This document shows positions 48,308 through 56,515 of a stretch of DNA of 64,000 bases, in pieces. The notes below the pieces were generated by a model. That model ran no database searches and was not told the origin of the DNA. It saw only the letters and a program-made list of their open reading frames with translations. The position numbers were made by a program, and so were the translations under genes. The stretch lies in NCBI GenBank assembly GCA_965216325.1, contig OZ244160.1, positions 352,001 to 416,000 on the forward strand, written 5' to 3'. The DNA comes from Coraliomargarita sp. (GTDB lineage: Bacteria; Verrucomicrobiota; Verrucomicrobiia; Opitutales; Coraliomargaritaceae). The stretch's first letter is position 1. Each line of letters opens with the position of its first letter.

Positions 48308-50377
48308 TTAAAAGTCGCCCTTTGGGAATAGCGTGGTCCGCAGTAAGGTGGCGCCTGAGGGTTCGAGTGTGAGTTCTACTTGCGCACTCTCCACTTCGAG
48401 AGAGGTGGGGAAATCCGTGGCAATCGCACCTTTATTCAGTCCCCATGCTTGATCGCCTTCACCAAGCTCCCAGTTGGTCACTTTTCGGGCGGGCACGTTG
48501 ATTTGAATGGGGGATTGGCCGAAATCCCATGGATATCCCTGTCGCGGTGATTGGATGACTGTTATGTCGTCTGGGGTGAGCGTTGAGGAAAGCGCATAGG
48601 CCCAACCCACAGGATTCACCGGTAGGTATTGATAGGCCGGAAACTGAGGGCTTGCTTTACCCGCTGGAGAGTCCGTGGTGACGATCTGCTTGGCAGGTAC
48701 GGGATAGGAGAAAACCAGAGGGCCATAATTGATCGCCTGACCACGGCCAATGCGGTCGATGACGGGTGCTGCCTCAAACGCGATTGCCACTTGATCGCCG
48801 GCTTTGAAGACTCGCTTCAGTTCCGCAAAAAAGCTGCTTTCTTTGCCGCTAAGGATCGTTTTGCCGTTTAGGTTGATACTGTAGGATTCAGCCCAGCCAG
48901 GAACTCTGAGTGCCAGGGTGATCTCATTGGCTGGCGCATGATCGATTGCGATATTCACCGTGTGCTCAAAAGGATAATTGGTTTTCTGAGTCAGGGTCAG
49001 TTTGCCTTGTGGCATCGGTAGCTCGACCGTGCTTGGCAGGTAGAGTGCGACACTGGCACGATCGCCTTCGACCAGGCACATACGGTTGAGGAAGGTGGGG
49101 AACATACGGTGCACATTCCCGGTGCAGCACTCGGTATCATGGCCGGGGCGGTAACACATGCGACCTTGCCCCAACTTGCCCCAACCAGAGTCATTATTAT
49201 AGAAACTTGAGTCGTTTCTGCTGATGGGGACATTGGGGGTGCCGTAGTATTGGTGCGCCTTAAAATCGCTGGTGATGGAGCCAAATCCGGCGTTGTAGAG
49301 CACCTTCTCCATTTTATCCGCATACTTGGCATCTCCAGTCGCGAGCAAGGCATAGCCGGCACTCCAGTTGAAGTCGATGGCATTGCAGAGTTCGTGTGCT
49401 TGAATGGGGCTTTTGCCGCTTAATTCCTCAGTCGCGCTCGATAAGCCACATGCCAATTCATGTTGCTCGCTGAGCATCTCGAACGCGCGCTCGAATCCTT
49501 TGCGGTAGATCTCTTTGCCTGTAGCAGTGTAGAGAATCGCGGGAAGCTTTAGGAATTCGTGATAGGTAACCGCGTGTCCTTCCGGATCGACACCCTCCGC
49601 CATACCTTTGGCCGTCACCGTTGCGAGATCGGGGCCCGCTGTATGATAGAGGCGCTCCGCTGCATCGATATAAAACCTGTCCTGTGTAATTTCGAACAGC
49701 GTGCACAGGTGCTCAACATGGAGCAGCGCACGGGCATTGAAATCAAGCTTCTCCACCTTTCTGAAACTGGCGTTACGACTGTAGACCGTGCGATAGTGTT
49801 TTTCGATGGCAGCAAGGAGTTCTGAATCTTGAGTGTTTGCATATTCCTCAAACAAGATCCGCATAAAGACAACCATCGGCCACCAGTCATCCTCGATATT
49901 TTCGGCTCTCAGGGTTCCGTCCGCATCGGCATGATCCAGCACATAACGGATATTTTTTCGGACTCTTTCGAGCATTTCCGGCGACTCGTTTATATAGCCG
50001 CAGCGCAGTGCGCCATCGAGATAGTAACCGGTCTGTTCATAGGGCCACCAGCCGGATCCATATTGGCCGAACTCGCGATCTGCGACGTCCATGGGGCCGG
50101 TCCACATGCCGGTGTTGAACGGAAAGCCACTCTGCTCCGGGTGACCGGTGAGGCCGTCTTCCTGGCGCTGCATGAACTCCTTGGCCCAGCCATGCAGTCG
50201 AATCGAGCTGCTCTTCAGGTCATGACGTTTTGTGACCGTCTGTTCATTTTCTTTGTCTGATGTATTTGTCGTCGAACATGCCACAAAAAATGAAGCGCAT
50301 GTAGTGATTACAATTGAGGCTAGAGTTGCACTTGTTTTGAGGAAGCGACGGGGTGTGCGTGTGGGCGATGGATTCAT
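48308..50377 (-). CDS. GH127/GH146-like (DUF1680) glycoside hydrolase, exported
   Basis: WWPYEQ, HAV, HELCNA, EKVLYNA, ECCTGNVHR, TNYPFE, LRVPGW, GPLVFS. Confidence 0.85.
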   Translation of the reverse strand: MNPSPTRTPRRFLKTSATLASIVITTCASFFVACSTTNTSDKENEQTVTKRHDLKSSSIRLHGWAKEFMQRQEDGLTGHPEQSGFPFNTGMWTGPMDVADREFGQYGSGWWPYEQTGYYLDGALRCGYINESPEMLERVRKNIRYVLDHADADGTLRAENIEDDWWPMVVFMRILFEEYANTQDSELLAAIEKHYRTVYSRNASFRKVEKLDFNARALLHVEHLCTLFEITQDRFYIDAAERLYHTAGPDLATVTAKGMAEGVDPEGHAVTYHEFLKLPAILYTATGKEIYRKGFERAFEMLSEQHELACGLSSATEELSGKSPIQAHELCNAIDFNWSAGYALLATGDAKYADKMEKVLYNAGFGSITSDFKAHQYYGTPNVPISRNDSSFYNNDSGWGKLGQGRMCYRPGHDTECCTGNVHRMFPTFLNRMCLVEGDRASVALYLPSTVELPMPQGKLTLTQKTNYPFEHTVNIAIDHAPANEITLALRVPGWAESYSINLNGKTILSGKESSFFAELKRVFKAGDQVAIAFEAAPVIDRIGRGQAINYGPLVFSYPVPAKQIVTTDSPAGKASPQFPAYQYLPVNPVGWAYALSSTLTPDDITVIQSPRQGYPWDFGQSPIQINVPARKVTNWELGEGDQAWGLNKGAIATDFPTSLEVESAQVELTLEPSGATLLRTTLFPKGDF

Positions 50378-50386
50378 GTTTTTTCT

Positions 50387-50674
50387 AGACTACAGAAGCA
50401 TTCCCATCCTGTAAATACGGCCAATCGACCGTGTTTACAATATGACTTGTTGGGTGTAATCTTCGTGGTAATTTTGGAATCCAAGTAATTAATTATGAAA
50501 AATACGACGCGCTCGAACGCGCGCTGCCACAACGACCTTTTCCGAGGTGCTTCCAACTCTAACGCGGCGATGCAGTCGATCCCCCGTCGGGCATTCATTA
50601 AAGCTGCTGCTGCCGCTACGGGCGCTTTCGTCCTGCCGCGCTTCAGTATCGGCCAACCCGGCCCGGCTGCCAAC
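50387..50674 (+). repeat. 288-bp upstream region + Tat-leader repeat, copy 1
   Basis: Near-identical to 53428-53715 (offset 3041). Confidence 0.95.
50410..50439. promoter_or_regulatory. 11-8-11 inverted repeat, putative operator (second copy 53451-53480)
   Basis: TGTAAA(T/C)ACGG-CCAATCGA-CCGTGTTTACA; perfect in copy 2. Confidence 0.55.
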
Positions 50675-51931
50675 AGCAAGATCAACCTAGCCTGGGTGGG
50701 TTTCAACAACATGGGCTTTTATGATCTGAATATCTGCGCCCACGGAAACAATGTGGTGGCCCTTTGCGACGTGGATCAAGAGGTTTTAGAGAAAGGAAAG
50801 AAGAAGTATCCCAATGCAAAGGTCTATACGGACTTCCGCAAGATGCTGACAGAGATGGACAACCAGATCGATGCCGTCGGTATAGCAACACCAGACCACA
50901 CCCATTTTGCCATCACGGCCATGGCCATGGGCATGGGCAAACACGTGTTCGTAGAAAAGCCCTTGGCTCACTCCGTGAGCGAGGTCAACGCCCTCAAAAA
51001 GCTGGCGACTGAAAAGCAGGTCGTCACTACAATGGGCAATCAGGGACACGCCTTCGAAGGGGCCTTTATGACCAAGGAGTGGTACGAAGCTGGTTTGATA
51101 GGCGAAGTACGCGAGGTGGTGTGTTGGACCAATCGTCCCGCAAATGGATATGGGTTCAGGATGGGGGACTGGAAGGGGTATCCCGAGGCAACCCCTGTGC
51201 CAAACCACCTCGACTGGGATCTTTGGAAAGGCCCTGTGACCAAAGATATCCCCTACAACGGTGCATTTCACCCCGGGTTCTGGAGGGGCTGGTGGGACTT
51301 CGGCTGCGGCGCCCTTGGGGATATCGGTTGCCATACCATCGACGCCCCCTACTGGGCATTGGGTTTGGATCAACCCGAAAGGATCGAGGTCGAGATGGAC
51401 GGAGAGCCCAACCCCTTCTTCACCCCAGCTGGTTCCATCGTAACCTACCACTTCCCGGCCCGGGGCAAGCAGCCTCCCGTCAAAGTCAAATGGTTCGAGG
51501 GCCCAAAACGACCACCTAAACCACCGGGATTCACCGGCAAAATGTCGCACGAAGGCGGTATGTTCATGCTGGGCTCAAAGGGCATGATCTTCCATAACGG
51601 CATGAGGCCACAAAGCGTTCGCTTATACCCCGATGATTTTTGGCAGGAGTATCGCACCAACGTTTCCAAGCAGGTTCCCAAAACCCTCAAGCGGATCCGA
51701 GGAGGCATCCACGGCCACTGGTTAGACTGTATCCGATACGGTGGCACCGCCCACTCCGACTTCAGCTATACCGCTCCCCTCACCGACATCATCATCAAGG
51801 GGACCTTGGCAATCCGAACCGGAAAAGGCATCAAAGTCGCTCCCGATGGAACCATCAGCGGTAATCCTCAAGCTGAGGCTCTGGTGGATGTTCCCGCCCG
51901 CAAAGGTTGGAGATTGGAAGACTTGGTTTAG
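50495..51931 (+). CDS. Tat-exported Gfo/Idh/MocA oxidoreductase
   Basis: RRAFIK, ATPDHTH, HVFVEKP, MGNQGH, WRGWWDFGCGALGDIGCH; exact start uncertain. Confidence 0.93.
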   Translation: MKNTTRSNARCHNDLFRGASNSNAAMQSIPRRAFIKAAAAATGAFVLPRFSIGQPGPAANSKINLAWVGFNNMGFYDLNICAHGNNVVALCDVDQEVLEKGKKKYPNAKVYTDFRKMLTEMDNQIDAVGIATPDHTHFAITAMAMGMGKHVFVEKPLAHSVSEVNALKKLATEKQVVTTMGNQGHAFEGAFMTKEWYEAGLIGEVREVVCWTNRPANGYGFRMGDWKGYPEATPVPNHLDWDLWKGPVTKDIPYNGAFHPGFWRGWWDFGCGALGDIGCHTIDAPYWALGLDQPERIEVEMDGEPNPFFTPAGSIVTYHFPARGKQPPVKVKWFEGPKRPPKPPGFTGKMSHEGGMFMLGSKGMIFHNGMRPQSVRLYPDDFWQEYRTNVSKQVPKTLKRIRGGIHGHWLDCIRYGGTAHSDFSYTAPLTDIIIKGTLAIRTGKGIKVAPDGTISGNPQAEALVDVPARKGWRLEDLV

Positions 51932-51942
51932 GGGGAACGATC

Positions 51943-52671
51943 ATGAGAAACTGGCTTGTGGCGATGGTTGTGAGCGTGAGCATCATCATGCCGATGACTC
52001 TTACGGCGACTGAAAAAGACGAAGCTTGGGTCGATCTACTGGAGGATGGACTGAACGCATGGGGAGATTCACGGGGCTGGACCACGGCAGACGAGGTCGT
52101 GGTCAACCCAGACCATGAACAACAGCTGAAGGTGACCAAGGCCGGCAAATCCATAGCGGTGGTGGCAAAGAAAAGCCGAGCTGCCTACTTGCTGACGAAG
52201 GAGATGCATGGAGACCTTGAAGCAAAGATCGAGTTTATGGTACCGAAAGGTTCGAACTCTGGAATCTACTTCATGGGCCGATACGAGGTTCAGATTTTTG
52301 ACAGCTTTGGCAAAAAGAATGTCAATCACAGTGACTGCGGCGGAATCTATCAACGTTGGGGCAAGCACCGCGATAACGGTCATCCACCGAGAGTCAACGC
52401 ATCTAGCGCCCCTGGAACTTGGCAAAGCTATGAAGTGATCTTCCGCGCACCCCGCTTTGATACCAAGGGCAAGAAGACCGAGAACGCAAAGTTCATCAAG
52501 GTGGTGCACAACGGCAAAGTGATCCACGAAAACGTAGAGGTCACTGGACCTACTCGGTCGGCCATGAAAGAGATGGAACCAGAAGAAGCAAAAGGCCCCA
52601 TCCGAATCCAGGGCGATCACGGCCCCGTCGCTTTTCGCCTATTCAAGATTCGTCATATCCAATCAGACTGA
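51943..52671 (+). CDS. DUF1080 (3-keto-disaccharide hydrolase-like) protein
   Basis: GSNSGIYFMGRYEVQIFDS, CGGIY, WQSYEVIFRAPRFD, GPIRIQGDHGPVAFR. Confidence 0.92.
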   Translation: MRNWLVAMVVSVSIIMPMTLTATEKDEAWVDLLEDGLNAWGDSRGWTTADEVVVNPDHEQQLKVTKAGKSIAVVAKKSRAAYLLTKEMHGDLEAKIEFMVPKGSNSGIYFMGRYEVQIFDSFGKKNVNHSDCGGIYQRWGKHRDNGHPPRVNASSAPGTWQSYEVIFRAPRFDTKGKKTENAKFIKVVHNGKVIHENVEVTGPTRSAMKEMEPEEAKGPIRIQGDHGPVAFRLFKIRHIQSD

Positions 52672-53064
52672 AGGCTTTTTCATCTCTCACAGTATCTCTA
52701 TCGTCTTAAAATCACTATTTTCTATGACATAGTTGGTACCTTGTCGGTGATTTTGATGTAAGAACTATTAAACCCGAGCAAATCGGTTTCAATCCAGAAG
52801 CTCAGGGCATGGATCAGTAGGTCATCGGGGGCCAGGTGCACCTCGAAAGGATCGATTGCCACGAGATACAATCCATCTGGAGGAGTATGATATCACCACC
52901 GAAACGACTCACCCCTTGGCACCTAATGTCTATATTGAAAAGGGAGTGTCCTTTTCGCTGCTAGACAGGGCAGAGGGCAAAAAGTCGTCTTTAAGCTCTT
53001 TCGAGTGAATACGCCAGGAAGATAGGTTGATTAATTTGGTACAACTTCTCTTATAAGCAAAATC

Positions 53065-53352
53065 CTATCCTTTTATACCCTTCTCCCGCGAAACCACTTT
53101 GCTTCTAGAGCCCGTGGTTCTGGGATTCGATTGGGTCGAGGGGCGGATTGAAGGCCGAGTCGGCTTAATGGCTGAGGGCCTTTCCATTTTCTTTTTAGGA
53201 GTGATATTGCTTGTGGTGGCTGAAGATATGCTAGTTGGTTCTCGAGGCTCATCATCCTTAACCTCAAGGACAAAAGAATGCCCGCAAGCCTTGCATGTCA
53301 CACTCTGTCCAAGCCATGACGATTTGATTTGGTGGATTTTTTGGCACTGGGG
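53065..53352 (-). pseudogene. N-terminally truncated zinc-ribbon protein
   Basis: (F)PQCQKIHQIKSSWLGQSVTCKACGHSF; first Cys lost at the junction with a sulfatase-derived fragment. Confidence 0.5.
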
Positions 53353-53427
53353 AAGCTCACATGTACAAGACTGCGATATCCTGATCTTGCAGCGCTTTAA
53401 ACTATGGGTGTCCTTGTTTCCTTTCCC

Positions 53428-53715
53428 AGACTACAGAAGCATTCCCATCCTGTAAACACGGCCAATCGACCGTGTTTACAATATGACTTTTGGGGTGTAG
53501 TCTTCGTGGTAATTTTGGAAGCCAAGTAATTAATTATGAAAAGTACGACACACTCGAACGCGCGCTGCCACAACGACCTTTTCCGAGGTGCTTCCCACTC
53601 TAACACGGCGATGCAGTCGATCCCCCGTCGGGCATTCATTAAAGCTGCTGCTGCCGCTACGGGTGCCTTCGTCCTGCCGCGCTTCAGTATCGGCCAACCC
53701 GGCCCGGCTGCCAAC
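53428..53715 (+). repeat. 288-bp upstream region + Tat-leader repeat, copy 2
   Basis: Near-identical to 50387-50674. Confidence 0.95.
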
Positions 53716-54972
53716 GGTAAGTTGAATCTCGCATGGATTGGTTTAGGGGGGCAAGGTTCGCGTGATATCCGCGCTTGCGCAAATGGTAATAATGTGGTGG
53801 CCTTAGTGGATGTGGACCCCAGAGCCTTAGAAAAAGCAAAGGCTGCCTTTCCGAAGGCCAAATTCTACCAGGATTTCCGTGTCATGTTTGAGGAAATGGG
53901 AGATTCCATAGATGCTGTCGGCGTCGGGACCCCGGATCACACTCACTTCGCTGCCACCTATATGGCCATGAGTATGGGGATGCATGTCTTTGTGCAGAAG
54001 CCGCTGGTTCATACGATTCAGCAGGCCCGCATTTTGCAGGAGCTGGCAATTGATAAAAAGCTGGTGACCCAGATGGGTAATCAGGGGCATGCCTCGGGGG
54101 GAGCCCGCCTGGTCAAAGAATGGTATGAGGCTGGCCTGATCGGCGAGGTTCGAGAGGTCGTGGCATGGACCATTCGGCCTAGTCATGGTTATGGATTCGG
54201 CGGGAAGGTTCAAACTGCTTTTCCGGCGGCTGAACCCATTCCCGAAGGAATGGACTGGAATCTCTGGTTGGGGCCATGTGACAAGGAGATCGCATTCAAT
54301 CGCTCGTTCCACCCAAGGGGATGGCGAAAGTGGTGGGATTTCGGCTCCGGTGGACTCGGTGATATTGGTTGCCACACCATCGATACGGCCTACTGGGCGC
54401 TCGGTCTCGGTGCACCTGATAGCGTTGACGTGGAGATGCATGACGAGGTGAATCCAATCTTCACGCCCTATGGGTCTGTTGTCCATTTCAACTTCCCCGC
54501 ACGCGGCAAGCAACCACCCGTCACGGTAAAGTGGTATGAGGGGCCGACCCGCCCGCCGCTTCCTGAAGGCTATGACCAGGGATTGGAAGGAGAGGGTGGA
54601 TTGATGATTGTTGGTGAAAAGGGCGGAATTTGTCATCACGGGATGCGTCCAGATAGTCCAAGGCTCTATCCGCAGGAAAAATGGGACGCATACAAGGCGA
54701 ACCCTGAGCTCCGCGTCGCCAAGACACTCCCACGAACAAAAGGGATTTATCGAGATTGGATCGATGGCATCAAGAACGGTAAGGAAACATGCTCAGATTT
54801 CAGCTACGCAGCACCGTTGACCGAGACGATTCTACTCGGTACCCTTGCTATTAGAACCGGGCAAAAACTCACGTGGAATGCGAGTGATATGACAATCCGC
54901 GACAACGAAGCTGCTTCGAAGTTGATCAACCCTGAAGCACGTAAAGGTTGGCGCATTGAAGACCTCGCCTAG
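53536..54972 (+). CDS. Tat-exported Gfo/Idh/MocA oxidoreductase, paralog 2
   Basis: IGLGGQG, GTPDHTH, VFVQKP, WRKWWDFGSGGLGDIGCH. Confidence 0.93.
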   Translation: MKSTTHSNARCHNDLFRGASHSNTAMQSIPRRAFIKAAAAATGAFVLPRFSIGQPGPAANGKLNLAWIGLGGQGSRDIRACANGNNVVALVDVDPRALEKAKAAFPKAKFYQDFRVMFEEMGDSIDAVGVGTPDHTHFAATYMAMSMGMHVFVQKPLVHTIQQARILQELAIDKKLVTQMGNQGHASGGARLVKEWYEAGLIGEVREVVAWTIRPSHGYGFGGKVQTAFPAAEPIPEGMDWNLWLGPCDKEIAFNRSFHPRGWRKWWDFGSGGLGDIGCHTIDTAYWALGLGAPDSVDVEMHDEVNPIFTPYGSVVHFNFPARGKQPPVTVKWYEGPTRPPLPEGYDQGLEGEGGLMIVGEKGGICHHGMRPDSPRLYPQEKWDAYKANPELRVAKTLPRTKGIYRDWIDGIKNGKETCSDFSYAAPLTETILLGTLAIRTGQKLTWNASDMTIRDNEAASKLINPEARKGWRIEDLA

Positions 54973-54994
54973 AGTTCGGGGAGGCCGCGATCGG

Positions 54995-56515
54995 ATGAAA
55001 ACTTCTCATCACTGCGTCATCTCGACCTGGCTTGCATCCACTATTTGGGTCTGTGGTGTTAGCTTCGCTGAAACGAACATGGAGGGCGTGCCTAACATCG
55101 CAACAGTGCCTTCTCCCAATATCATTGTTATCGTAGCTGATGATATGGGGTGGGGGGACACTGGCTATAACGGCAATCAAATACAGCAGACCCCAGCTCT
55201 GGACCAAATGGCCCAGGAAGGCATCCGGTTCGACCGCTTTTACGCCGCGAGCACAGTCTGTGCTCCGACCAGGGCCTCGATTATGACTGGGCAGAACGGT
55301 GCGCGCTTGGGGATTTGGCACTGGGGAAGCTCACATGTACAAGACCGCGATATCCTGATCTCACGTACGCTAAAAGAAAAAGGCTATATCACGGGGCATT
55401 TCGGAAAATGGCATCTGGGCCTGCTCGATGAAGCGGGCACACACGACTATACCAGTGGGCCGCGCACCCATGAAAAAGACTTCAGCCCGCCATGGCGGAA
55501 CGGGTTTGACATCTGTTTTAGCACCGAGAACGTCACCCCGACGTGGGATCCTATGATACTCCCGGATCAGGGGAAGTGGGGGGATCCCAGACGCGAGGCG
55601 ACTGGGCTTTGGGGTAATAACTACTGGAATGAGAAAGGTGAGATGATTGATCATGACGATAATCTCTCAGGCGACGACAGTCGAGTGATCATGGATCGCG
55701 TGATCCCCTTCGTGGAAGCACAATCCAAAACACCTAGCCCTTTCTTTGCCTATATCTGCTTTCATACGCCTCACACTCCAACCGTCAGTGGCGGCAAATA
55801 TCTAGAAATGTATGAAGGCCATGAAGGGCGCCACCATTATGGTGCCATTACTGCGATGGACGAGCAAATCGGACGTTTGCGCCAGACCTTACATGAACTA
55901 GGTGTCGAGAAGAATACCCTGATCTGGTTTGTTTCAGATAATGGAGCCGCTAAAAACAATAGCAAACACTTTGGTGAATACGGCGGTTTCGGATCAAATG
56001 GACCATACCGTGGATGGAAATGTTCGTTATACGAAGGAGGAATACGAGTGCCGTCAATCTTAGTGTATCCGAAGCGTTTCAAGCAACCTTCTGTGGTAAA
56101 AATGCCGTGTGTAACGTCGGATATGTTCCCTACAATAGCGACAATTCTCGGCGATTCGCAAACGCCACGCAGTCAACCCCAGGACGGCATAGATATACTG
56201 CCCGCAATAGATGGGACAATGAATTACCGGAAAGAACCGATCGGGTTTGCCTATGAAAAGAAAGCTGTCTGGATGACCCAGCAGTATAAACTTGTTGTCG
56301 CTCCCGGTAATAATACCGACCTCACTGAGCTGTACGATCTGAAGAACGACCCCTATGAAACAACTGACCTTGCCGGTAAATATCCTAAAAAAGTATCGCA
56401 GATGAAAAATGAACTCACCAAGTGGATACAATCCTGCAACCGCAGCAGCGGCACCCGCTACAAACACCTGTCATTGCCAAAAGATCCTCAGATAGGGGGA
56501 GACAATAACTTATGA
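54995..56515 (+). CDS. Secreted S1 sulfatase
   Basis: GGAGG upstream of ATG 54995; PNIIVIVADDMG, CAPTR, GKWHLG, SDNG, YEGGIRVP. Confidence 0.92.
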   Translation: MKTSHHCVISTWLASTIWVCGVSFAETNMEGVPNIATVPSPNIIVIVADDMGWGDTGYNGNQIQQTPALDQMAQEGIRFDRFYAASTVCAPTRASIMTGQNGARLGIWHWGSSHVQDRDILISRTLKEKGYITGHFGKWHLGLLDEAGTHDYTSGPRTHEKDFSPPWRNGFDICFSTENVTPTWDPMILPDQGKWGDPRREATGLWGNNYWNEKGEMIDHDDNLSGDDSRVIMDRVIPFVEAQSKTPSPFFAYICFHTPHTPTVSGGKYLEMYEGHEGRHHYGAITAMDEQIGRLRQTLHELGVEKNTLIWFVSDNGAAKNNSKHFGEYGGFGSNGPYRGWKCSLYEGGIRVPSILVYPKRFKQPSVVKMPCVTSDMFPTIATILGDSQTPRSQPQDGIDILPAIDGTMNYRKEPIGFAYEKKAVWMTQQYKLVVAPGNNTDLTELYDLKNDPYETTDLAGKYPKKVSQMKNELTKWIQSCNRSSGTRYKHLSLPKDPQIGGDNNL

